From a bacterium (GTDB taxonomy: Bacteria > SAR324 > NAC60-12): DNA of 12,378 nucleotides. The stretch is taken from NCBI GenBank assembly GCA_965233585.1, contig CBDDTI010000582.1:1-12378 (forward strand), given 5' to 3'. A program made the position numbers and the translations under genes. Shown piece by piece: positions 1-8,281 of this stretch (position 1 is its first letter; each line of letters opens with the position of its first letter). Below the pieces are notes generated by a model that saw only the letters and a list, made by a program, of their open reading frames with translations, was not told the origin of the DNA and did not search any database.

Positions 1-539
1 TTAAGAATATAAAATAAACAAGAGACGAATGTCTTCATATGAAGATGCTTATCAGCTAACGCATGTTAACTTTGCTGGCTTCCAACACTTAAATATTCTG
101 AACAAGTGAAAGAAACTTTCTTGTAAACTAATTTTCATTCACGACAAAGACAGGAAATGCATTCAAAAGTGTTAACATATCAAAAATTTCAAACGTGAAA
201 ATCCGCTATGGCCTGTGCAAGCGCTAAAAATTTAGAAACTGGAAACCTCCGATATTTCGAAACTCCCGATAAATCGGACTGAAAGTAGTTTTCTTCCCTC
301 AGTCCAGAACTGTACCCTCAATTTTTCAAACTCCGCGATTTTCCCAGCTGATCTTCGTTTCCCTTGGAGTTTACAAAAATCAGTATTCCAGTCCAGAACA
401 ACAGTAGTGTTTTGATGTGTTTTGATGTGTAATAGCTGTGTAGTGGAATGAACAAATTCTCTCAGTCGGGCCAGAGTTCCGTTCTTTTTTACTATAATTA
501 GGTTAGGTATAAGTGATTGCAAAACGAAGATTTCTTTCC

Positions 540-707
540 CACATTGCAGGAAAATGCACTCCTGGGAGACTTAAGTTCTAAAAATTTTCCGGGGGCATTC
601 TCCCCCGGACCCCCCTAGAGGTTCGGGACCTCGGCCTTCAGTTTTGCAGGGTACCTGCCTACTCACAAGACAGTGCCCTTCTACTTCAAAAGTTAATGAA
701 AACCCTG
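540..707. mobile_element. One end of a probable hAT-like non-autonomous DNA transposon in GINS4 intron 2
   Basis: Ends in GAAAACCCTG (CAGGG on the minus strand, a typical hAT-type terminus) and has a subterminal GC-rich hairpin CCGGGGG...CCCCCGG followed by ACCCCCCTAG. The other end was not identified in the window. Confidence 0.45.
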
Positions 708-1136
708 CTTAATGTCTGTTCCACTACATAACAAACGGAGGCAGGGGTTTGGCTGGAATGCAAAGGGACAAGGCACCAGTGGAGTGGCCCAAAGCAAAGG
801 TGGGGACCTGACTGAGGGATCAGTGCTTGGACAGTCGCTATGGAAACTGATGCCATAGCAAGGCCCTTTGCATACTCACACTGGCCAAGGCCAGTGAAAA
901 AGGGAAAAGGGGAATTAAGCAGGGAGATGAAGAACTGGGGGGATCAAACAGCAGGGATGAACTGACTAACAAACAACTTGAACAGAGCAAGCTGCAAATG
1001 ATGCACATCAGCATGACAGTGGCACAAAAGCAGATCCTCGCATGTGAGGGCGGCTATGCCAGGTGGAGGCTTAGGCTGTGCTCCCATACATTAACTTCTG
1101 TCAAATCAGAGAGACACCAAAAAATTCTAAACTTGC

Positions 1137-1223
1137 CATTTCTTTAATCTGATCCAGCATACACTCAACAAGATCTGCTTTGCTCTCCAAAAGTTCAGGC
1201 GCAAACTTTTCATTCATCCAAGC
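1137..1223 (-). CDS. GINS4: GINS complex subunit 4 (SLD5), coding exon 2; remaining exons presumably left of the window
   Basis: TCCTTAG acceptor, then 87 nt encoding AWMNEKFAPELLESKADLVECMLDQIKEM, nearly identical to the SLD5 signature AWMNEKFAPELLES. It ends at a GCAAGT (GC-type) donor at 1136-1131. Confidence 0.93.
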
Positions 1224-1389
1224 CTAAGGATAATATAAACTACAGGGTAAACATTGACCTCAGGCAATAAGCAGATTTTGAGAAACTTTAGGCAAATTGC
1301 CTTTGGTGGAGTTTGACATTACTCATTTTATCCTGTGAATATCCTGGAGGTAGGAATATGACCCTAAAGGAGGGTATTGGAACATAAAG

Positions 1390-1498
1390 GCTGGCTTGGG
1401 GGATTGAAATTTGACCATCTGAAAATTCAAAAGATAAAACACCGGGGGGGGGGGGGGGGGGGGGGAATTGAATTTTACTGATGAATTTTCTCGGCACA
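1390..1498. repeat. Poly-G tract (about 1444-1466) in a degenerate interspersed-repeat fragment, GINS4 intron 1
   Basis: Run of more than 20 G seen directly; the flanks resemble a short MITE fragment (recall only). Confidence 0.45.
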
Positions 1499-1631
1499 AC
1501 TGAATCAAGTGTGGTTGCTGAGTTTTTACAATAACTTAAGAGGAAGTACTAAAATTTCTACCAAGATAATCTGCAGTGACTCCAAAGAATGCGACATAAT
1601 AGTGTTACTGAATAGACACAAAAAACCTCAC

Positions 1632-1745
1632 ATTTTCAAGTTGAACGAGAACCTCTGCAGCAGTGACTTCAATTTCTTCGTCGCTATCATCGCCTCCTGT
1701 GGCTTCTCCACTCATTAAAATTTCATCTCCTTCGCTATGGGCCAT
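1632..1745 (-). CDS. GINS4: GINS complex subunit 4 (SLD5), coding exon 1
   Basis: Manual minus-strand translation gives MAHSEGDEILMSGEATGGDDSDEEIEVTAAEVLVQLEN (114 nt), followed by a GTGAG donor at 1631-1627. The acidic N-terminus and TAAEVLVQLE resemble SLD5 (human TPAELIERLEQ, from recall). It joins exon 2 in phase 0. Confidence 0.9.
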
Positions 1746-2216
1746 TCTTATACAACAAAACTGGTGTTAATCTTTGCTCTCAAACTAAATCTTTGGCTTT
1801 GAAACAGAAAAACATTCAAGCGACCAAGCCGCCATCGCCGCCATGTTGAAACTAAATTTGGCGCGAACTTGGCGCGAACTATTCTAGCGCCCAGCCTACC
1901 TTTGTCGCTTTGGCCGTGTGCTATACCCAGTTTTCCCACTCATGGCGGCCGATGGCGGCCTTCAATAGAATTTGGAACGGCACTAAAATTGATAAAGCTA
2001 CATTTTAGGACCATATAGATTGTTGCTATTGTCATTGAATTATTTTAATTTTACTTCCAAGGCACATCTGGGGTGTTAGATTTTATTCCATCTGAGAACC
2101 TCGTCGCAATCAAGTGTCTTTCATCAAATATTCATATTCACAGATCCATAGATTGATCTGGCTTCTTTGGGCTTTGTCGGTAGCATTTCTGGTGGACTTG
2201 ATCTCCTGGCTTAGAC
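1746..2216. promoter_or_regulatory. Bidirectional promoter and 5' UTRs shared by GINS4 and IDE
   Basis: Only 471 bp between divergent ATGs, with a CpG-rich core at about 1820-1960. Contains tandem TTGGCGCGAAC (1858-1879, E2F-like), outward-facing ATGGCGGC doublets (1828-1847 minus, 1942-1960 plus, YY1-like) and TTTGAA (1798-1803, CHR-like). Confidence 0.8.
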
Positions 2217-2370
2217 ATGGATGGGGTGAAGAAGGTTTATAACGACGTTCCAAAGTCACCCCGTGATGATCGGCTCTATCGTGGTTTAGAACTGAACAAC
2301 AACATGAGAGTGCTTGTGATCAGTGATCCCTTGACTGATAAATCTGCCGCAGCTTTGGATGTACATATCG
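2217..2370 (+). CDS. IDE: Insulin-degrading enzyme (insulysin, M16A), first visible coding exon
   Basis: GACATGG start; [51 protein letters not shown](G) matches the IDE N-terminus (KSP..D.R.YRGLEL.N...[16 protein letters not shown]). GTAAG donor, phase 1. Confidence 0.95.
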
Positions 2371-2820
2371 GTAAGAAGTTTAAATACAAGTAATTAAAAT
2401 GCATTATTTGATAATTCTGAAAAATGCTATAAATGGCATTACTGTACTTTATGAAAAGTTTTCATTTAGTCAAGATATTTTAGGGTGAACTGTGGGAAGT
2501 ATATTAATTGGGGGTGGAGGGGGGATTGTGGTTTTGGGGGGATAGGGGTTGTTACTTGCAGGGCTTGCCTACACACATGCCAGTTGCAGATTTTAACCGG
2601 TTTATTCATTTGTGAAATCAGTCACTAACTTGCTTTAAGATAAGTGTATGTTGCAGTTAATTTTCGGTCTCAGTGAATTTTATAATTTTACTAGTTAGCT
2701 CTTTTCTAGATGATCTTATTTTTAACTGGTTAGTTTTTCCTAACTAGCTAAGGGGGGGGGGGGGGTAAGGGGGGGGAAGGGGAGGGAGGGGGGTGTTTCT
2801 CAAAAAGAATAACACACTCA

Positions 2821-2912
2821 CAACCCTATCCCTAACCCTACTGACCCCCCTAACCCTACCCCTATCCCTATTGACCCCTCTAACCCTAACCCCCTCCCTA
2901 GACCTAACCCTC
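2821..2912 (+). repeat. Degenerate telomere-like (CCCTAA)n array with a roughly 30-bp higher-order period
   Basis: CCCTAA/CCCTAT/CCCTAC units; the TGACCCC motif recurs at 2842 and 2872. Confidence 0.8.
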
Positions 2913-2930
2913 CTAGTTTTTTATTATTTT

Positions 2931-3002
2931 GCACTCACCTGGATTTGAACTCCTGACCTCTGACTTTTAAGTCCATCTTCATCTCCACTATGCCACACAG
3001 GC
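2931..3002 (-). pseudogene. tRNA-derived sequence (Pol III A and B boxes), not a functional tRNA
   Basis: Minus strand reads GCCTGTGTGGCATAGTGGAGATGAAGATGGACTTAAAAGTCAGAGGTCAGGAGTTCAAATCCAGGTGAGTGC. A box TGGCATAGTGG and B box GTTCAAATCC have tRNA-like spacing, but the acceptor stem does not pair. Confidence 0.65.
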
Positions 3003-3278
3003 AATGGTTGCAAATTTGCTCATATTTGTTGGTCTGATAAGTTATTGGTCCCAGACTCACCCTTCCCTTTTGAAACTAATCAACCTGGTTTAAAAATTTC
3101 AACCCAGTTTGAAAAAATATGAACCAGTTAAAAATAAAATTACCTTGTTAGAAATAACTAACCAGTTAAGTTACAAAATTAACTGAAACCAAAAATTAAC
3201 TGCAACATACACATCCGTCTCACAGACTTTCTCGCAGAGGTCAGCCTTTATTCATTTATCATCCTGCACTAGTTAATA

Positions 3279-3453
3279 CAGTGGAACCCTGTTAATCTGG
3301 CCACAAACAAGCCACAAAAATCTGGCTGTATTAACAGGGTGGCAATATTAACTTTAGGGGTTCTGTAAATAGGAAAATGACTGACTTAGCTTCTTTTTGG
3401 GCCAGGATAATGTGACTGTATTAATGGGGTGGTTGTAAGGCTGTGTTTCACTG
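3279..3453. mobile_element. Tc1/mariner (pogo/Tigger-type) MITE
   Basis: TA|CAGTGGAACCC...GTGTTTCACTG|TG, with CAGT termini and a TA TSD (right copy decayed); internal repeats of CTGTATTAAYRGGGTGG. Confidence 0.7.
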
Positions 3454-3732
3454 TGTTGTCATGTACCATGATTATTTACTATCAGATTGATACATTGTAT
3501 TTCTTATCTCGGGAATACTTCACAAGATGGAAATTTCACAATAATAGATGCTGAAAAATGCACTTGACTGAAAAAAGAAATGACCCGAAGGCAATACTCT
3601 CTGCCAGAAACAGGAAACTCTATAAAGAATGCATCTACAGGTGTAAAGAGGATACGTCAAGGTCCTTGTCTTTACATGTAACTTAGTTGACAATGACATG
3701 CCCTTAATCCTGGTATTGACATATGATCATGA

Positions 3733-4452
3733 GGGGCGCGACCCATTCAACCAAAATTTCCGAAATTTTTGGCCTAAAACTGAATGGATCAGTTTAGTCC
3801 AACCGGAAAAGTCTCGAAAAAATCAGTCCACCTTTCGAGGTGGACCACTTTTTTTCTGGTTGGACTGATCTGATTGAAATGGACCGTTCTATTTGACCAT
3901 TCCAACCTATTCTCAATCCCAGAACCTCACTGTTCGGTATTTTCCACATACAAAATGGAGGAAAATACTTATCACTGCACTTTTATGGATTGTTAACAGC
4001 CAATCTATAGGTGTTACTCATACATTCATGTACAGTTACCACAGGTCTGTAGCTGCTTCGCAAGCAAAGTGTATGTCTTGGCTTTGATGGCTCTTAAAGA
4101 TGATATATTTCCCAAGAGAATTTGGAATGCTCTTTACGTCAGTCGATTTGAACGTGGTGTTTGAAGTCATATGGCAAATATCTGGGAACAGTCTGCTCAA
4201 AAGAACCCATTTTATTGTTTAGATTACCGGTACTATGATCAATGAAGCAGCTCACACATTGATACCACCGTCAAAATCGTCATCTAGCCTTAATATGAGC
4301 AACAGTGATCCAAACATCCTTCATTTTAAATGAGCGCAAAACTCGTTTTGCTGGTGGAATGGAAAAAAACCGTTCGGACCTGTTGCAATCCATTCGACAC
4401 CAAGAAATTTTCAAACCTCATCCCGGTAATTTTGGTTCAATGGATTGCCCCC
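3733..4452. mobile_element. Non-autonomous TIR DNA transposon (PIF/Harbinger-like), about 720 bp
   Basis: Left GGGGCGCGACCCATTCAACCAAAATTTCCG versus reverse complement of the right end GGGGGCAATCCATTGAACCAAAATTACCG; internal hairpin GTCCACCTTTCGAGGTGGAC. The superfamily is inferred from G-rich termini only. Confidence 0.78.
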
Positions 4453-4526
4453 GTCATGTAGAAAGAAATATGGTCAAATATTAACAACTCTTAATTGGTC
4501 ATTTTTTTGATTGTTGCATTATTAAG

Positions 4527-4603
4527 GTAGCATGAGTGATCCAGCTGAACTACCAGGTCTCGCTCATTTTTGTGAGCACATGCTGTTTCTAGGCACAGAA
4601 AAG
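4527..4603 (+). CDS. IDE: IDE coding exon 2 (HxxEH zinc-binding motif)
   Basis: AG/GT-bounded, 77 nt: (G)[25 protein letters not shown], containing the inverted zincin motif HFCEH. Confidence 0.97.
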
Positions 4604-4640
4604 GTGAGAACACATTAACATGTACATGTGAAGTGTAGCC

Positions 4641-4830
4641 ATAATAATACATAATACATACTTTATTGAACCTCCCCAAAGGGGCTTTTCAGGAACAATA
4701 ATAATTATAAAATAATAATTTACATAGTTAATTTTAAATTATTTACAAGGTTAAAAAGAGAAAAACAAAAATAACTACACTATATTAATATATAACTACT
4801 CATAACTATATAACTATATAAATTACATGT
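4641..4830 (-). mobile_element. Probable 5'-truncated LINE 3' end with microsatellite tail
   Basis: Minus strand GAAAAGCCCCTTTGGGGAGGTTCAATAAAG (CCCC-TTT-GGGG stem-loop plus AATAAA), followed by a TATGTAT-type tail. Confidence 0.5.
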
Positions 4831-4864
4831 ATCTCAAAATATCCCTTAGAAGTTTGCTCCTTAA

Positions 4865-6746
4865 AGTGCCTATGAAATGAAAAATAATTGCTGCTTATTT
4901 GAAAGGTTTTAAAAAATACAGCAGAATGGCATTTTCCTTTTTGGAATATCTGTTTTTGTTCTAAAGATATAAACTTTTTTGTATTATGCAAATTAGGAAA
5001 GTGATGACATAGCAAACTGGGCAGTTAAAATTGTAAAACACTGAATCAAGAATATCTCTTGAAATATTGGAGAGGTAAATGTAGTCTTCAAACTTGGCAC
5101 CAGAAATGTACATCACATATGAAACAAAATGAAACCTGTGGTGCACTTGCCAAGGCAAATCTCTTGGCAACTTGCAACCCTTTTAAGTGGGACAGGAGGT
5201 CCTGCTCAGAACAGACATGGTTCTAATGGTGTCTAAACTCTCCTCATTAAATTGTTGGCGGTGGATGATATGTGGTTAAGACATACATGTAAACAGGGAC
5301 TTTCAATTCTAATTTAGACAGTACCAGCAGCAAAACTGTTGTCATGGCAGCAGCACCATAGGTGTCATTTTGTTTCTTTCATGATGTACATTTCTGGCAC
5401 CAAGTTTGAAGAACACTTTCAAAATTTCTAGAGATATTCTTGATTCAGTATTTTACCACTTTAGTTGCATATTTTATAATGTCATCACTGACCTAATTTC
5501 CATAATACAAAAAAAAAAACGTCAATATCTTTAGAACAAAACTAGACCCATATTTGCGTTCACTTGGGCTTTATGTTTGGGAGAAACTCTGGTTTTGTTG
5601 GACGTAGTTTCGCAAGGATTGTTCAGTAATGTTAGGAGTTATCTCTTTTATTTCATTTTTATGCAAAAGTTCAGCATAGCGTGACATATGGTATATCTTG
5701 TTACATACTACGCGAAAACGTGACTCTTGCTTGAAGCATATGGAGGTGTTGTCTTGGGCCGCCTGTGATTAATATAGAGTTAATCTAACATACAACTTAA
5801 AGGTAACCGGAAGGTAAAGTAAGTGAAGTTAACTTAAAGCAAAGTGGAGTGTTTATCAGAAGCAAACCTAATGTGCGCGGAGTTACTGCTTACATAATCA
5901 TACTGCGGAAAGGAGTCTACGTGGGAGGCATTTTTCGGAGTTTCAAGTTTCACTCCTGTGATTAAATATTCATTTCAGTTTGTTACAAGAAAACAATGTT
6001 AAATATCGACTGGCACGATATTTTACCTCTCTTATACTTTGACCAAATCGACTACGACAGTTACATGTAAACATAAACTTCTTTTTTTTGAATATATTTT
6101 TAGCGTTTACATAACAGTACAATGTAGATGACTTGGGAAAACACGAAAGAATACGTGAATAGACAAATTCTCTTACCTTTCTGCTTTTGTTCCTTAGACT
6201 TTTCAAACTTATTATTGGTATTCTGCTTGGTTCACGATTGCGTCTACATACACGATGAGACTTAAATTTATGCTTCTCTTGATTAACATTACATAACTCA
6301 GTTGATATAGCATGTTTCTCAATGAAAGGTTCACTCATAAATGTTCGCTCATAAAGAGATCTCTCGTAAGGTTTGCGGACCAAACCCATTCCGAAAGCGC
6401 TCCTCATCTTTTAGTGTGGGTCTACCGTGAATGCTGTGTACACATTTTGTATCCGTTTTGTATCCGTCCACAGTATTTGTGCTGATCTTCCACCACATAA
6501 ACTCTTCTCCGTCGGCCATTACACCATGCCATATGCTCATCAGTAAAATCTTCGCGCATGCGTATTAATTAAAGAATTGCAAACTGTGGCTGAACGAAAA
6601 AAAAAACGAAGCCGAAATTTCAACTGGGGCGTTTCCTTTGGAAAGCCCGAGTAAAAAGATATTTCAAAAATGAAAGTGGCATTCTCCTGTGTTTTGAAAA
6701 GCCTTAGTTCCAAATAACCAGTAAGTTTTTTCATTTCATAGGCACT
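4865..6746. mobile_element. Kolobok-like non-autonomous DNA transposon with long TIRs and TTAA TSD, interrupted by a nested insert
   Basis: TTAA|AGTGCCTATGAAATGAAAAA...TTTTTCATTTCATAGGCACT|TTAA. The left arm (4865 to about 5140) is mirrored by about 5365-5541 plus 6653-6746. TTAA TSD with 5'-RR termini is the Kolobok hallmark. Confidence 0.85.
5542..6652 (-). mobile_element. Helentron/Helitron2-type non-autonomous element (HINE-like) nested in the Kolobok right arm
   Basis: Inserted in an A-run (TT target on minus) with no TSD. Subterminal IRs ACTTGGGCTTT (5562-5572) and AAAGCCCGAGT (6642-6652); terminal hairpin GGGCGTTTCC-TTT-GGAAAGCCC; the minus-strand 3' end is CTAG|TTTT. Removing it restores the host TIR arm. 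Confidence 0.7.
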
Positions 6747-6949
6747 TTAAACGCTTGTGAAAGATTGTTTCGTTACTTAGCATAACGTTTGCTGGAACCT
6801 AGAGTGTTCTGAAAAAAACATGAGAGGGATCACCATGGGAATAAGACAAAAATGGCTGGGGTTACTCCTCATCGTCCCTTGTAACTGGATAATGTATTTT
6901 CAGTTTTTGTTGTTACATTTAATTCCCAATTCTTTGTTTTTTTGTGTAG

Positions 6950-6976
6950 TATCCATCAGAGAATTCATTCACTCAG
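6950..6976 (+). CDS. IDE: IDE coding exon 3 (27-nt microexon)
   Basis: T-rich tract plus TAG acceptor, YPSENSFTQ, GTATGA donor. It fills exactly the gap between GTEK and FLSENGG (human YPKENEYSQ); phase 0/0. Confidence 0.92.
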
Positions 6977-7241
6977 GTATGAGCTTAATCTAATTTTGAT
7001 ACCAGCTGCGTCTTAACTGGAAATGTTGTCAAACGAATGTGCAAATTAGTTTGAGTTATTTCTATTAGTTCTATAATTACAGCCTTGTATTGTCAGCTCA
7101 CATACACCTTTAGTTACAGATATAGGTCAAGATTTTAGAAATGTTTGGCAGGGAAAAGGTGTCAAACTTAAATTTGTATTCTACACGTACATAAATAGAG
7201 GGACAAAGACTAGCATTTTATGTTATATTGAGTATCAAGAT

Positions 7242-7421
7242 CAGGGGTGGATCCAGAAAATTCAGAAAGAGAGGGCCGAGTCTTTCCCCCCCCCCCCCCC
7301 CCCCCCCAATGAAAACTTCACTTTAAGGACATGTAGCAATAAAGTAATGTTAATGTTTAAAAAAACATTTTGAAAATACCATAAAAAGGGGGGCACAGCC
7401 CCTCTCCTAAATCCGCCTATG
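7242..7421. mobile_element. hAT-like MITE with poly-C tract
   Basis: CAGGGGTGGATCCAG...CTAAATCCGCCTATG imperfect TIRs; C-run at about 7286-7307; TSD not recognisable. Confidence 0.65.
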
Positions 7422-7735
7422 AAAATTGATGATGACATCAGTTATGTAGTCAGTGCAAATCTGCTGTAGGCTCAGAATCAATCAATAACTCATTTATAAT
7501 GATCATAATTTGATCTTGAGTTGTTTTGTAGTAAGTGTCTTAAAATAAAAGTTTGCTTCTTCAAAAACATGTAGCCCAATATTAATTTCCAGCCATTTAA
7601 ACTTGTTCTTTTCAAATTTTGCTGATTCAGCCAAAAAGAAGGAAAAAAAACAAAACATGCTTTTTTTGTCTTAAGTCAGCACTTCTCCAAAATTATAGTC
7701 TGTTATATTATTCGATTGTTATTTGTTCATTGCAG

Positions 7736-7839
7736 TTTCTAAGTGAGAATGGTGGATCATCTAATGCTTTCACTGGTGGAGAACACACAAACTTTTACTT
7801 TGATGTCAAACATGAGTGTTTACATGAAGCATTGGATAG
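7736..7839 (+). CDS. IDE: IDE coding exon 4
   Basis: TTGCAG acceptor; [34 protein letters not shown](R); GTAGGT donor; 104 nt. Confidence 0.96.
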
Positions 7840-7935
7840 GTAGGTTACAATGTAATTTGTCCAAAATAAAATAAAGCATATGAATTTAATTGAGAATTGA
7901 TCTTTAAGTTTCTTATTTAACAATTGAAATTTTAG

Positions 7936-8009
7936 GTTTGCACAGTTCTTCCTTTGCCCATTGTTTAATTCAGATGCAACAGACAGAGAGGTTAATGCTG
8001 TTGAATCAG
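7936..8009 (+). CDS. IDE: IDE coding exon 5
   Basis: TTTTAG acceptor; (R)[24 protein letters not shown](E); GTGAAC donor; 74 nt. Confidence 0.96.
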
Positions 8010-8281
8010 GTGAACAAATTAATCTGATGATGATGATGATGATACAAAATATTGTTCTGGGTGTAATTGATTAAATCTTTAAATTATTAATTGTTTCTTA
8101 CAAATAATACACCATAGCAGGGATAATACAGTACTATGATGTACAAATTTATTTTTCAATTTAAAAAGTTGACGTTTTGTGCCAGTTGTAACTGATCTAA
8201 TAATGTCCTCCCTTGTGATGCAATTTATAATAAGATTTGACAATGATATCAGTTCAAGGACAAGTCTTTGTTTTGAGTCTA

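Larger units (their letters stand above)
2644..3212. mobile_element. Foldback/MITE-like element with about 100-bp imperfect terminal inverted repeats
   Basis: Left end GTGTATGTTGCAGTTAATTTTCGGTCTCAGT (from 2644) versus the reverse complement of the right end GTGTATGTTGCAGTTAATTTTTGGTTTCAGT (to 3212): 29/31 identical, with similarity continuing to TTATTTTTAACTGGTT. No clear TSD. Confidence 0.85.

Noticed and set aside
1..230. Possible Helentron-like element (AACAAGAG...GCGCTAAAAA with TCTTCATATGAAGA palindrome)
   Set aside because: Matching subterminal IRs could not be shown; too weak to call.
232..522. 96-aa minus-strand ORF as the next GINS4 exon
   Set aside because: No similarity to the expected SLD5 continuation (E.ERIRY.L.SYLR.RL.KIE); the exon probably lies outside the window.
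710..1090. GC-richer stretch in GINS4 intron 2 as a possible exon or ncRNA
   Set aside because: No interpretable ORF, splice pattern or structure that I could support; probably an old repeat.
1288..1508. Poly-proline ORFs
   Set aside because: Artefact of the intronic poly-G tract.
2821..2912. True telomere, chromosome-fusion scar or CRISPR-like array
   Set aside because: Short, degenerate and enclosed by TE TIRs; no head-to-head junction and no unique spacers.
2931..3002. Functional tRNA gene
   Set aside because: Acceptor and anticodon stems do not pair properly, and it is embedded in a repeat element; kept only as tRNA-derived.
5970..6734. Chain of three minus-strand ORFs (145, 63 and 64 aa) resembling an operon
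   Set aside because: They lie within the nested TE in an IDE intron and show no recognisable domain or transposase/Rep motif; chance ORFs.
8026..8043. (GAT)6 microsatellite
   Set aside because: Ordinary short intronic repeat.
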